Assembly (NCBI GenBank): GCA_964464515.1
Contig: CAYXGP010000002.1
Location: 3,130 to 67,129, forward strand
DNA from: an uncultured Enterobacterales bacterium
GTDB taxonomy: Bacteria > Myxococcota_A > UBA796 > UBA2385
Length of the DNA stretch: 64,000 nt
Direction: 5' to 3'
Shown: piece after piece, positions 36,032-45,417 of the stretch
Numbering within the stretch: the stretch's first letter is position 1
How the letters are laid out: the number at the start of each line of letters is the position of its first letter
The notes under the pieces: model-generated
The model's input: the letters and a program-made list of their open reading frames with translations, nothing else
What the model was told of the DNA's origin: nothing
The model's database searches: none
Made by a program: the position numbers and the translations under genes

Positions 36032-37960
36032 GTGAGTCTAACAGACCCTCACCGACCGGGGGCCCTCCTCCGGCTGGGCCTGCTGCTGGGGGTATTCGAG
36101 GCCATCGCCATCGTCCGGTACGACCACGTGATGGACGACCCGCGTCTGACCCGGCTGCTCCCGGCGCTGGGCTGGGCGCTGGCGATCGTCGCGCTGAACA
36201 CAGGGGCGGTGGCGACGCTGGGCCGGCTGCTGCGCGGGCGGTTGGTGGTCACCGGGGCCCTGCTGGCCGTGCTGATCGCCGCCGTACGCGCGGCGCAGCA
36301 GGATCGCTTCGAGTGGATCAGCCTGGCGCTGCTCCCCGCGGCGGCGCTGCTGCTCCACGGCGCCGGCAAGCGACGGTGGCTGCTCGGGCCCGCCGCCGTC
36401 GCGATCGCGGGCCTGGGCCTGTGGGGGCGCGTCCCCATCTACAGCACCCCTGCGCTGGAGCAGTTCGTCTTCCACGCGCCGGCGGCGATCCTGGTGACGG
36501 TGATGGCGGCGCTGCCGCGCGGGCGCGCGCTGGCCGCGCTGGGGCTCGCGACGGTGGCCTGGGCGATCGCGGTGCAGCCCACCGCGCCCGTCGACGCCGG
36601 CGACCGGCCGCACGTGCAGATCGTGCTGGTGGACACCCTGCGCGTCGATCACACCTGGCCGCACCGCGACACCCCCGCCCTCCGACGGCTGGCAGAAGAG
36701 GGCACGACCTTCTCCCAGGCCATCACCGTCATCCCCAAGACCACCCAGTCCGTCGCGGCGATGCAGACCGGCCACGGCCCGGTGGGCAACGGCGTCCGCG
36801 TGCTGCTCGATCGCCTCCCTGCCGACGCCACCACGCTGGCCGAGGTGCTGAGCGACGCCGGCTACCGCACGGGGGCGATGGTCCACAACGGCTGGGTGAT
36901 GCGCGGCCGGGGCTTCGATCAGGGCTACGAGCAGTTCTGGTCGTACCACGAGATCGAGCGCGTCTGGGGGCCGCTGCGGCTGACCGGTGTGGTGACGGCG
37001 CTGGACGCGATCACGCTGCGACGCGCCCGACCGTTCGACGGAAACACCGACGCAGCGACGGTGACCGACCGCGCGCTGGATTGGCTGGATGAAGACGACG
37101 GGCGACCGTTCTACCTGTACGTCCACACGTTCGACCCCCACTGGCCGTACCGTCCGCCAGGACACGACGGCGAGTGCAAGGTCAACAACATCCGCTCGCT
37201 GCCCACCTCCCGCGGACAGATGATCTTCGACAACCCGCTGCCGGACGAAGAGAACGATCGCGCGGTGGAGTTGTACGGCGCAGAGGTCGATCACAACCTG
37301 GAGCAGCTCGACCGACTGCTGTCGGCGGTAAGCGAAGACACGATCGTGGTGTTCACGGCCGACCACGGCCACCACCTCGGCGATCATGACTACTGGTACC
37401 ACCACGGCGAGATGCTGTACGAGCCCGGCGTGCGTATCCCGATGATTCTGCGCTATCCGCCCGGCGTGCCCGCGGGCGCGGTGGAGGAGCGTCAGTTCCG
37501 GAGCATCGATCTGATGCCCACCGTGCTGGAGCTGGCCAACATACCGGCCCCTGCCACAGAGGGCGTGCCGTGGTCACAGATTCAACGGGAAGGCGCCCCC
37601 CCGGCGTTCCTGGAGACCGACATCTCGTACTTCCGCTGGAACAAGCAGCGAGAGGTGGCCGGCGTGGTCGGGAAGGTCCGCGGCGTTCGCGATGGACGTT
37701 GGAAGCTGCACTTCACGCCGACCCCGAAGGGGGGCCGATACGAGCTGTACGATCTGCAGAGCGATCCCGCCGAGGCGAAGAACCTGTGGACGCGGGCCGA
37801 CGCCGAGGTGAAGAGTCGACTCATGGCGACGCTAGAGGCCGGCATCCCCGAGGCGGAGCGGGCCGCGCTGGCCGACGCGGGGAGCGGCGTCGCCGGCTCC
37901 GGTGAGCTGGGAGCGAACGATCGCGCGATGTTGGAGGCGCTGGGCTACATCGAGGATTGA
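36032..37960 (+). CDS. Membrane-anchored sulfatase-fold enzyme (LTA-synthase-like topology) with a Thr nucleophile
   Basis: About 5 N-terminal TM helices. VQIVLVDTLRVDH. PKTTQSVAAMQTG in place of CxPxR. FTADHGHHLGDH. C-terminal LEALGY motif shared with 28961..30340. Confidence 0.75.
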   Translation: MSLTDPHRPGALLRLGLLLGVFEAIAIVRYDHVMDDPRLTRLLPALGWALAIVALNTGAVATLGRLLRGRLVVTGALLAVLIAAVRAAQQDRFEWISLALLPAAALLLHGAGKRRWLLGPAAVAIAGLGLWGRVPIYSTPALEQFVFHAPAAILVTVMAALPRGRALAALGLATVAWAIAVQPTAPVDAGDRPHVQIVLVDTLRVDHTWPHRDTPALRRLAEEGTTFSQAITVIPKTTQSVAAMQTGHGPVGNGVRVLLDRLPADATTLAEVLSDAGYRTGAMVHNGWVMRGRGFDQGYEQFWSYHEIERVWGPLRLTGVVTALDAITLRRARPFDGNTDAATVTDRALDWLDEDDGRPFYLYVHTFDPHWPYRPPGHDGECKVNNIRSLPTSRGQMIFDNPLPDEENDRAVELYGAEVDHNLEQLDRLLSAVSEDTIVVFTADHGHHLGDHDYWYHHGEMLYEPGVRIPMILRYPPGVPAGAVEERQFRSIDLMPTVLELANIPAPATEGVPWSQIQREGAPPAFLETDISYFRWNKQREVAGVVGKVRGVRDGRWKLHFTPTPKGGRYELYDLQSDPAEAKNLWTRADAEVKSRLMATLEAGIPEAERAALADAGSGVAGSGELGANDRAMLEALGYIED

Positions 37961-37986
37961 TAGCGGTGAGTGGCTGCTCAGCGCTG

Positions 37987-38766
37987 TCAGCTCCCCGGGC
38001 TCCGGTACCCTCTCGACGCGCGCATCCACAGCGCGTACCCACCCAACATACAGCAGAGCCCCACCAGGGGCTGAATCAGAGCCCACCAGGGCGGGTGCCC
38101 CCGACCAAAGAACCAGGTGGCCGGGTAGTACCCCACGAAACCAAATGGAATGCCGAACGTGAGCAGCAGCCGCAGCGGCCGATGGAACACATCCAGTGGA
38201 TACCGCGAGAACACCGCCCCCTGGTACACCAGACCGACCGCCGTGCCGCGATGGTGAACCCGGAACCCGGCGGAGCTCACCGCGGTGAGCACCCCGCCGA
38301 GCACGCCCACGCTGCCCAGCACCAGGAGCGGAATCAGCAGCACGTCGAGCAGCCCGAGGGGCGGAAGTCCCCGCAGGGCGATCGCCATCATCCCCACGCC
38401 CAGCCCCGCGGTGGGCAGGTGCTCCAGGTTTATGTGATCGAGCAATACCTGAAGATACGGATCCAGCGGACGCAGCAGCACCCGATCCAGCTCGCCGCCC
38501 AGCAGGTAGCGCTGATTCAACGCCCACAGCCCCTGGAAGCCCACGAACAACAGCCCGGTGGCCGTCTCGGCGAGGCCCCAGATCATCAGCACCTCGTGGA
38601 ACGTCCACCCCCGGATGTCCGGGACGTGGTCGAAGACAGCCAATAAAAAAACAACGCCGACGGCCGCGACCAGCAGCTCCCCCGCCACGCCGATCAAGAA
38701 ATCACCGCGGTACGCCAGGCGCACCTTGGCGCGCATCAGCAGATAGCGCAGATACACGCCGCTCAT
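37987..38766 (-). CDS. ABC-2 family transporter permease (DUF990-type)
   Basis: 6 TM helices. N-terminal YLRYLLMRAKVRLAYRGDFLIG is typical of this permease family. ATGA overlap with the upstream gene. Confidence 0.75.
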   Translation of the reverse strand: MSGVYLRYLLMRAKVRLAYRGDFLIGVAGELLVAAVGVVFLLAVFDHVPDIRGWTFHEVLMIWGLAETATGLLFVGFQGLWALNQRYLLGGELDRVLLRPLDPYLQVLLDHINLEHLPTAGLGVGMMAIALRGLPPLGLLDVLLIPLLVLGSVGVLGGVLTAVSSAGFRVHHRGTAVGLVYQGAVFSRYPLDVFHRPLRLLLTFGIPFGFVGYYPATWFFGRGHPPWWALIQPLVGLCCMLGGYALWMRASRGYRSPGS

Positions 38767-39098
38767 CGCGCCCTGCTCGAGCGAGGAGCCCCCGAGACCA
38801 GGGCCAGCACCACCCGATCGCTCTCGCTGAGCACCGTCAGCGTGGTGCCGCCGCTCGGCGCCACCGCCGCGCTCGGCGCAGCCAGACCGGGGTGATCGGT
38901 AGGGAGCCTCGTGCGGGCCGGACGGAGCATCACCAGCGCCAGGGCCGCGAGGGCCAGGGCCGGGATCGTCACGGCGACGCGACGACGGCGCGCGCGGGCG
39001 GCGTCCAGCTTCACGCGCAGGGCCTCAAGCCCCCCCGGTGGTGGATCGACGGGGCGAAACAGGGACTGGTGCAGCTCGTCGTTCATCGCGTCGTTCAT
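38763..39098 (-). CDS. Small single-pass membrane protein, probable anti-sigma factor
   Basis: 111 aa. MNDAMNDE N-terminus, Arg stretch, TM helix VAVTIPALALAALALVML. ATGA overlaps with the sigma gene upstream and the permease downstream. No zf-HC2 motif. Confidence 0.5.
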   Translation of the reverse strand: MNDAMNDELHQSLFRPVDPPPGGLEALRVKLDAARARRRRVAVTIPALALAALALVMLRPARTRLPTDHPGLAAPSAAVAPSGGTTLTVLSESDRVVLALVSGAPRSSRAR

Positions 39099-39574
39099 CG
39101 CAGCGCCTCCTGTAGCCGCGCCAGGGCCCGGTGACGGCGGGAGCCCACGGTGCCTGCCGGGATGTCCAGGATCGCGCCCACCTCCGCGTAGCTCAGGCCA
39201 GCGACCTCGCAGAGCATCACCACGCTGCGCAGGCTCTCCGGCAGCGCATCGACCGCCCGGCGCACAGCCGGGGCGTCGTGGAAGTCCGCTCGTCCAGCGG
39301 GCTCGAAGTCCAGCCCCACCCACGACAGCACCCGGCGGCGCCGACGACGCCTGGACGCCTCGTTGAGCGCGATGCGCCACACCACCGACACGACCGACGC
39401 CATCTCCACCCGGGCGCGCATCCCCCACAGCCGCAGGAACGCTTCCTGGACCACCTCCTGAGCATCCTGGGTGTTCCACAGCCAGCGGTACACCACGCCG
39501 ATCATCGGCCCCTCGAGCCGCTGGTAGAGGGCCTCGAGCGCGGCTCTGTCCAGTCGGGGTTCATGGAGCGCCAC
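39095..39574 (-). CDS. ECF-type sigma-70 factor
   Basis: Region 2 AQEVVQEAFLRLW and WRIALNEA. Region 4 SYAEVGAILDIPAGTVGSRRHRALARL. GTG 39574 chosen, and the start is uncertain. Confidence 0.8.
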   Translation of the reverse strand: MALHEPRLDRAALEALYQRLEGPMIGVVYRWLWNTQDAQEVVQEAFLRLWGMRARVEMASVVSVVWRIALNEASRRRRRRRVLSWVGLDFEPAGRADFHDAPAVRRAVDALPESLRSVVMLCEVAGLSYAEVGAILDIPAGTVGSRRHRALARLQEALR

Positions 39575-40259
39575 TTGCGCCTTCCACCGTGGGGCGGACG
39601 ACGTAGTAGAGCATCGCGGGCCGCTCGGGTTCACCAGCCGGAGCACCGCCCCAGACGGTCGGATCGACGCCCGTCTCGCCGAGGACGAGGGTCTGCCCCG
39701 CCCGGAGCTGGACGCGGGTCTGGACCTTCGCGCCGCCGGCCGGCTGAATGTTGAGGTCCGCCACCACGGCGTCTCCACGCACCGACGCCGTCTGCCACAG
39801 CTCGACCCGCAGGCCCTCGGCCTCCACGTACTCCCCGCTCTCCGCGCGCACGCTCACCCGCTCGACGAGGCTGAAGCGCATCGGCGTCTGCGCCGCCGCG
39901 ACCTCCTCCAGGACCGGGCGCAGCGACTCGACAGCCGCGGAGAGCTGCGTCTCATCGGCGGGCTCTCCCATCACCAGCCAGTACTGCATCCGCACCCGCG
40001 GAGAGGGCGGCGCGCCGTCCGCGAATTGAACGAGCAGCTCCTCGATGCCCTCGTGAATTGAGACCTCTGCGATCACGACGATCCGACCGTCGGGGCCAAG
40101 GCGCACCCGCTCGGTGTCCAGGACCGCGTTCAGCAGAGAGACCGCCTCGTGGGCGATGCCCCCATCCACGGCGTAGGTGCGCAGCTCGACCTTTGGATCA
40201 GGGGGCGGGGACGCGCTGTTGACGCAACCGGCGAGCAGCAGGGAGAGGAGTGGGAACAT
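39561..40259 (-). CDS. Lipoprotein of unknown function (N-terminal region vaguely secretin-N/NolW-like)
   Basis: Lipobox LLLAGC. GGAGG RBS. The segment VELRTYAVDGGIAHEAVSLLNAVL..RIVVIAEVSIHEGIEELL is reminiscent of NolW-like domains by eye only. Confidence 0.55.
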   Translation of the reverse strand: MFPLLSLLLAGCVNSASPPPDPKVELRTYAVDGGIAHEAVSLLNAVLDTERVRLGPDGRIVVIAEVSIHEGIEELLVQFADGAPPSPRVRMQYWLVMGEPADETQLSAAVESLRPVLEEVAAAQTPMRFSLVERVSVRAESGEYVEAEGLRVELWQTASVRGDAVVADLNIQPAGGAKVQTRVQLRAGQTLVLGETGVDPTVWGGAPAGEPERPAMLYYVVRPTVEGASGAP

Positions 40260-40341
40260 GGTGCCTCCAGGGTGTTCATCCGCTCCTACAAACGACCCGG
40301 CGGATCCTTCACGACCCGCTCAGAAAAATCTGAGATCGCGA

Positions 40342-41127
40342 TCATCCCCCCTGCACCACGAGGGTCCGACACACCCGCCGAAACGCCCACGCGCCGATGA
40401 GCGGCAGCGCCAGGGCCCAGCCTACCTGCAGCGCCAGCGGCTGCCAGGGCCGCGCTGCGGGGAGCCCTTCGATGAACAGCTGCGCTGGCACATGAGACAG
40501 GCCGGCCAGGGGAAGCGCCAGGACCACCCCCCGCAGGGGCTCCGGGTAGAGGTCGAGCGGGATGAGCGCGCCGGAGAAGATCGCGATCAGGGTGGCCTTG
40601 AGGCGGGCCAGGCCCACGGCGTTCCGCAGCCGCAGCGCCACCAACCCCACCAGCCAGCTCAGCGAGTAGCTGATCGCCTGAGCGAAGAAGAGGCTCACCG
40701 CGAACAGCGCCCAGGTGCTGGCGCGCTGCGGAAGGCGGAGCGGCAGCAGCAGGGTGGTCCACAGCGCGAGGGGCAGCGTGGTGAAGGCGAGGAGCGCCGC
40801 GCTGCGGCCCAGCTCCCGCAGGTACAGGTGCGCCTGCAGACTCCAGGGCCGCAGCAGGTCGATGGCGATGTCGCCGCTGCGGATGCGCGCCCCGATGAAC
40901 TCGTCGATGCGCGTGCTGTAGAAGGTGGTGATCACCCAGGCCACCACCACGTAGGTGGTCATCTCGACAGGCGAGCGGCCGGCCACCTCGCCGCGCCCCT
41001 CGCAGATGGCAGTCCAGATCGACCAGTTGAGGAAGATGACGATCGACGCGCTGCAGATCTGGACCGCCACCTCCAGCCGATAGGCCAGGACCAGCCCCAC
41101 GCCGAGCCGCAGGCTGTGGGCGATCAT
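40342..41127 (-). CDS. ABC-2 family transporter permease (DUF990-type)
   Basis: Start ATG 41127 (ATGA overlap with the ATPase stop). 6 TM helices. Confidence 0.75.
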   Translation of the reverse strand: MIAHSLRLGVGLVLAYRLEVAVQICSASIVIFLNWSIWTAICEGRGEVAGRSPVEMTTYVVVAWVITTFYSTRIDEFIGARIRSGDIAIDLLRPWSLQAHLYLRELGRSAALLAFTTLPLALWTTLLLPLRLPQRASTWALFAVSLFFAQAISYSLSWLVGLVALRLRNAVGLARLKATLIAIFSGALIPLDLYPEPLRGVVLALPLAGLSHVPAQLFIEGLPAARPWQPLALQVGWALALPLIGAWAFRRVCRTLVVQGG

Positions 41128-42158
41128 CTTGATGGTTCCTCGCTTACCGAGGGCTCCTCGCTTACCGATGGTCCCTCGGTGAGCGAGGTTCCGCCCCGAT
41201 AGAAACGCGCCACGAGGGTGTCGATGTCCGGCTCGGAGATCGAGAGGTCGGCGATCGTGAGCCCCGCGGCGGCGGCGCGGTCGAGCACTGTCGCGATCAG
41301 GGGCGCCCCGGAGCGGCCCGGGGTGAGCGGCACCACGCACCGGCGACCTTCGGGGCCCCACTCCGCGACGAGTCCCTGGGTGAGCCGGTGCTGCTCCGAC
41401 GGGGGCAGCCCGCTGGCGAGATCCACCGTGAGCCGCCGCCGTCCGCCCAGGCGCGCCTTCAGATCTGCGGTGGGGCCATCGAACAGCACCCGTCCCCGAT
41501 CGAGCAGGACGACCCGCTCGCAGACCGCCTCCACGTCAGCCAGGTCGTGCGTGGTCAGCAGCACGGTGGTGCCCATCTGCCCGCCGAGCCCCACCAGGAA
41601 CTCGCGGATCCGCAGCTTGACGTCCACATCCAGGCCGATGGTCGGCTCGTCGAGCAGCAGCAGCGGGGGAGCGTGCAGCAAGGCCGCCGCCAGCTCACAG
41701 CGCATCCGCTGGCCCAGCGACAGCTCCCGCACCGGCTGACGAAGCAGCGGCCCGATGTCGAGCAGATCGTCCAGCATCTCCAGCCGCTGACGACCGACGG
41801 CCGGATCGACCTCGAAGATCGCCAGGAGCAGCTCGAACGCCTCGGTCACCGCGAGGTCCCACCACAGCTGGCTGCGCTGACCGAAGACCACCCCCAGGTG
41901 CCGAACGTGCTGCCGCCGCTCCCGCCAGGGCACGCGCCCCGCGACGTGGAGCGTGCCCGCGGTCGGTCGCAGGATGCCGCACAGCAGCTTGATGGTGGTG
42001 CTCTTGCCCGCGCCGTTGGGCCCGATGAGCCCGACCCGCTCCCCCGGGTGGATGACGAGGTCGAGGTGATCGAGCGCGACCCGCTCCTCACCGCCCACGC
42101 GCAGCAGGTCGCGCAGAGCCCCCAGCACGCCGGGACGGCGGTCCCAGGTCTGGAACAC
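41124..42158 (-). CDS. ABC transporter ATP-binding protein
   Basis: Walker A GPNGAGKST, Q-loop VFGQRSQLWWDL, signature LSLGQRMR, Walker B LLLLDEPT, H-loop TTHD. Confidence 0.9.
   Translation of the reverse strand: MFQTWDRRPGVLGALRDLLRVGGEERVALDHLDLVIHPGERVGLIGPNGAGKSTTIKLLCGILRPTAGTLHVAGRVPWRERRQHVRHLGVVFGQRSQLWWDLAVTEAFELLLAIFEVDPAVGRQRLEMLDDLLDIGPLLRQPVRELSLGQRMRCELAAALLHAPPLLLLDEPTIGLDVDVKLRIREFLVGLGGQMGTTVLLTTHDLADVEAVCERVVLLDRGRVLFDGPTADLKARLGGRRRLTVDLASGLPPSEQHRLTQGLVAEWGPEGRRCVVPLTPGRSGAPLIATVLDRAAAAGLTIADLSISEPDIDTLVARFYRGGTSLTEGPSVSEEPSVSEEPSR
41134..41187. repeat. 18-nt x3 tandem repeat at the ABC ATPase C-terminus (encodes SLTEGP/SVSEEP x3 on the minus strand)
   Basis: Read directly. 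The units are 41134-41151, 41152-41169 and 41170-41187. Confidence 0.9.
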
Positions 42159-42205
42159 CCGCCGGAGCGCGTGTGCCGTGATCAGCGCACCCGACCCGGC
42201 CGCTG

Positions 42206-45200
42206 TCAGGAGGTGCCCTCGGGCCCATCCTCCGTAGACACGGTCTCCGTCGGCGCAGTCTCCGTCGGCGCAGTCTCCGTCGGCGCAGTCTCTGCCGGAG
42301 CAGTCTCTGCCGGAGCAGTCTCTGCCGGAGCAGCCTCCGCCCCGGAATCAGACTCCACAGCCCCAGCATTGGACTCCACAGACTCATTCTCCGCGGGCTG
42401 CGCTGGCGCAGCAGGTGCGGCGGCCCCAGCCTCCGCGGCCTCCGTCGGCGCGCCGGTCGGCGGGGAAGGACGCGGGCTCTTCGCGCGGCGTCGGCCCCGC
42501 CCGCCCCGCTTGCGCACGCGACGGGTCTCCTCCGACCGCTGGGGGGCCTCCTCGACGGTGGGCACACGAGCCGCCGCGTTCGCCATCATGATGGCCGCCT
42601 GTCCGCTCTCGATCAGCGCGCCGATCTCCTGCATCCGACGCTCGTACACCTGCCGCTCCGCGGCGTTCTTCCCGGTGCGCTCCCGGGCGGTCTTGAGCGC
42701 CTCAAAAGCGGGGAACACCTGCCCCTTCATCATGAGCAGCTCGGCCAACACCGCGTAGCCCTCGGTGGGCGAACCCTCCGAAGCGAGCACCTTGTTCAGC
42801 AGCACCTCGGCCTCGTCGAGGCTGCCGCGCCGCATCAGGATGCGCGCCTGCGTGACCATCGCGCCCGCGCGGTCGTGGCGTCGTCGGGCCTGACGCACCA
42901 GCCAGTCGGCCTGCTCCAGGTCGCCGTCCGCCTTGTCCAGCAGGACATCCGCCAGCAGGAGCAGCACCCGGGGGTTCTTCCCCTCGCGGGTCTGTGCGTC
43001 GCGCAGGAGCGCCTCCGCCTGCTCGAGCAGCTCCGCCCGGCCCTCCGTGTCGAGCATCGCGCGCTTGCGCAGGAGCGACGCCTGGCGTGCCAGGTGGTGG
43101 GGGCTCTGCGGGGCGAGACGCGCCGCCTCCTCCAGCGAGGCCTGGGCGTCCTCCCAACGATCGACGCCGAGCTGGGTGTAGATCTCGCCGAGCAGGCTGT
43201 AGGTGTCGGGCATCATCGGCTCGAGATCGCGCGCCGCCTCCAGCAGCGTGGTGGCCTCGGCGAATCGGCGCTGCTGCATGTACAGACCCGCCAGGCGACG
43301 CCGCATGCGAGCGTTCTCCGGGAACAGGGCGATGCCCGCCGTGAGCGCCTCGACCGCCCTCCCCCGCGCGCTGCGGCTGCCGTGGAAGCTCGCCAGGGCG
43401 TGGAAGATCTCCGGCGTCGGAGCGGCCTCGATCCCGCGAGCATAGGCCGCGATGATGACGTCCGCCTTTACGCGCTCGGCCTCCTTGAGCTGCGCGTCGA
43501 GGAGCAGCAGGGCCGGGCTCTCGGCGCCCTTTCGGAGCGCCTCGTTCAAGCGGAGTCGGGCGATGTCCAGGCGCGGCTTCTTCCGCCGCAGGATCCCCCG
43601 GATGTTCTCGACGATGGCGTCGAAGTCCGGGTAGTCCATGCCGGTCCGCGAGCGTCCCCGCCGCGCCAGCGTCAGCAGGCGGTTGCCCTCCTGCGCGCTG
43701 CGGAGGGCCATGAGGGGCTGATCCCGCCGCTGGCGTCGGCACACCTCCAGGTAGTGATTGCCCAGCGCCTCCATCCGCTCGAAGTCCTCGATCTCGCGCA
43801 TCGTGAGCTGCTCGGCGACGAGGGGGTGGATGTAGTACCGCCGCTCGTCCTGCGAGGGGGTCTGCTCCAGCAGGCCGGCGGCCAGCAGCTGCAGCCGAGC
43901 GGTGCGGTTGATGCCGATGGCCTGGAGCGCGTCGGGGAGAGCCGGCTCACGCAGCAGCGCAGCGGCGGCGAGGCGTCCCCGCTGCGCCTCGTCGAGATCT
44001 CCGATTCGCCGCCCCAGGTGCCGCCGGAGCGCCTCGAGGTCGCCCGCTTCGGACGACTTCAGGAACCGGGGCTGCTTGAGGAGGCCGTCGATGTCCTTCT
44101 CCTCTCGAACCACCAGGGCCAGATACCGGTTGGCCATGGGGTGGCCGAAGGTGCGCTCGTTGATCGGGCCGAAGCGATCACGCGGGAATTCCGGAGCGTG
44201 GTGGTTCTGGTACAGATCGAACAGCTCGCGACCCTTCAGGCCGCCCAGCTCCAGCACCCGCAGGTTGGCGCTCTGCCCCTCGCGATAGAAGCTCGGGACG
44301 TGCTCGGAGATGAAGACGAGGCGCAGCGCCGGCTGCGACAGCAGGAGGCGCCGCAGGAGCAGCTCCAGGCTGCCCTCTCGGTAGAAGCTGCGATCGCGAC
44401 GATCGAGCAGGCTGGAGATCCCGTGGATGACCAGCGCGCGACCCGCCATCGCTTCGCTCTGGAGGATCTCGGCGGTGAGCTCGGCGATCTCGGTGGGCGT
44501 CGGGCGCCCCCGCGGCTGGCGGATGGCGCGATGCAGACGCGCGTCGCCCGCGGCGTTGGTGAAAGCCGCCACGAGAGCCAGGAAGCTGTCGGCCTGACTT
44601 CCGTGACCGATCGTGAGATCCGGCAGGCGCTCCAGATCGCTGGAGGCCAGCGCTTGCTCCACCAGCCACCGGCGCCCCACGCCGGGCGGACCGGTGACGA
44701 CGATGGGGCCGCCGTCGGACTCCAGGAGAGCACCCAGCGCCTGCAGCTCCTCTTCACGGCCCACGAGGATCGGTCGAGGGGCCTGGTGGCGGGGCTTCTC
44801 CACCCGCTTCGGCGCCGCTGCCACGGCCACGACGGGCGCACCCACCGGCAGGGACGCCAGGAAGTCCTTCGCCCGAGACTTGATCTGCTCCATCTTGAGC
44901 AGACGCAGCGACATCGGCATCGCGAAGGGGTTGAACGCCCGCGCCGCCACATAGAGCCGCGGTCGATGCGCGCCGGCCTTTATCAGCTCGGCGATCTGTC
45001 CCAGGGCGCGGCCGTCGGTCGCGGCCTCGGGCTCCACCAGCACGAGGACACCGCCCTGCTGGGCGAGGACCGGCGAGAGGGCAGCAGCAGAGAGAGCCGA
45101 TGTGGGGTTGGCAGCCTCGGCTCCCAGCGCCACGGCGGGGACCTGCCGCCTGCGCAGCTCGGCCAGGACCTGGGGATTACCCAGCGCCCGGCCGCCCACG

Positions 45201-45247
45201 GCCAGGACGCAACGACCGTCGTTGATGGCCGCTTCTACGCGCTTCAT
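42206..45247 (-). CDS. STAND-like NTPase-fold protein with C-terminal TPR repeats. Walker A lacks the Lys.
   Basis: GREEELQAL..PIVVTGPPGVGRRWL P-loop context. A long helical-repeat region with TPR-like A/L/Y spacing. Basic stretch RRVRKRGGRGRRRAK, then an acidic ETAPA tail. Confidence 0.65.
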   Translation of the reverse strand: MKRVEAAINDGRCVLAVGGRALGNPQVLAELRRRQVPAVALGAEAANPTSALSAAALSPVLAQQGGVLVLVEPEAATDGRALGQIAELIKAGAHRPRLYVAARAFNPFAMPMSLRLLKMEQIKSRAKDFLASLPVGAPVVAVAAAPKRVEKPRHQAPRPILVGREEELQALGALLESDGGPIVVTGPPGVGRRWLVEQALASSDLERLPDLTIGHGSQADSFLALVAAFTNAAGDARLHRAIRQPRGRPTPTEIAELTAEILQSEAMAGRALVIHGISSLLDRRDRSFYREGSLELLLRRLLLSQPALRLVFISEHVPSFYREGQSANLRVLELGGLKGRELFDLYQNHHAPEFPRDRFGPINERTFGHPMANRYLALVVREEKDIDGLLKQPRFLKSSEAGDLEALRRHLGRRIGDLDEAQRGRLAAAALLREPALPDALQAIGINRTARLQLLAAGLLEQTPSQDERRYYIHPLVAEQLTMREIEDFERMEALGNHYLEVCRRQRRDQPLMALRSAQEGNRLLTLARRGRSRTGMDYPDFDAIVENIRGILRRKKPRLDIARLRLNEALRKGAESPALLLLDAQLKEAERVKADVIIAAYARGIEAAPTPEIFHALASFHGSRSARGRAVEALTAGIALFPENARMRRRLAGLYMQQRRFAEATTLLEAARDLEPMMPDTYSLLGEIYTQLGVDRWEDAQASLEEAARLAPQSPHHLARQASLLRKRAMLDTEGRAELLEQAEALLRDAQTREGKNPRVLLLLADVLLDKADGDLEQADWLVRQARRRHDRAGAMVTQARILMRRGSLDEAEVLLNKVLASEGSPTEGYAVLAELLMMKGQVFPAFEALKTARERTGKNAAERQVYERRMQEIGALIESGQAAIMMANAAARVPTVEEAPQRSEETRRVRKRGGRGRRRAKSPRPSPPTGAPTEAAEAGAAAPAAPAQPAENESVESNAGAVESDSGAEAAPAETAPAETAPAETAPTETAPTETAPTETVSTEDGPEGTS
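42243..42332. repeat. 15-nt x6 tandem repeat (GTCTCCGTCGGCGCA x3, then GTCTCTGCCGGAGCA x3) encoding ETAPA/TETAP x6
   Basis: Read directly. It forms the C-terminal tail of the 1013-aa protein. Confidence 0.95.
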
Positions 45248-45417
45248 ACCGTTGCCTCGTCTGCGATGCCGTTGGAGCTTGTTCGGCTACCATCCGGCCT
45301 GTCTTTCGGGAACCGACGGCCTAACGGACGCTACCGAGCGATTCAACACCGCGCGCCTGCGCCGGATTGGATCGCCTGCGTACCGATGGCGCCGCCTGAG
45401 GAGATACACTCCCCTCG

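Noticed and set aside
42206-45247. STAND/TPR protein as an Avs-like anti-phage sensor
   Set aside because: No recognisable effector (nuclease, TIR, SIR2, protease) domain. Walker A lacks the catalytic Lys. The context is a transporter operon.
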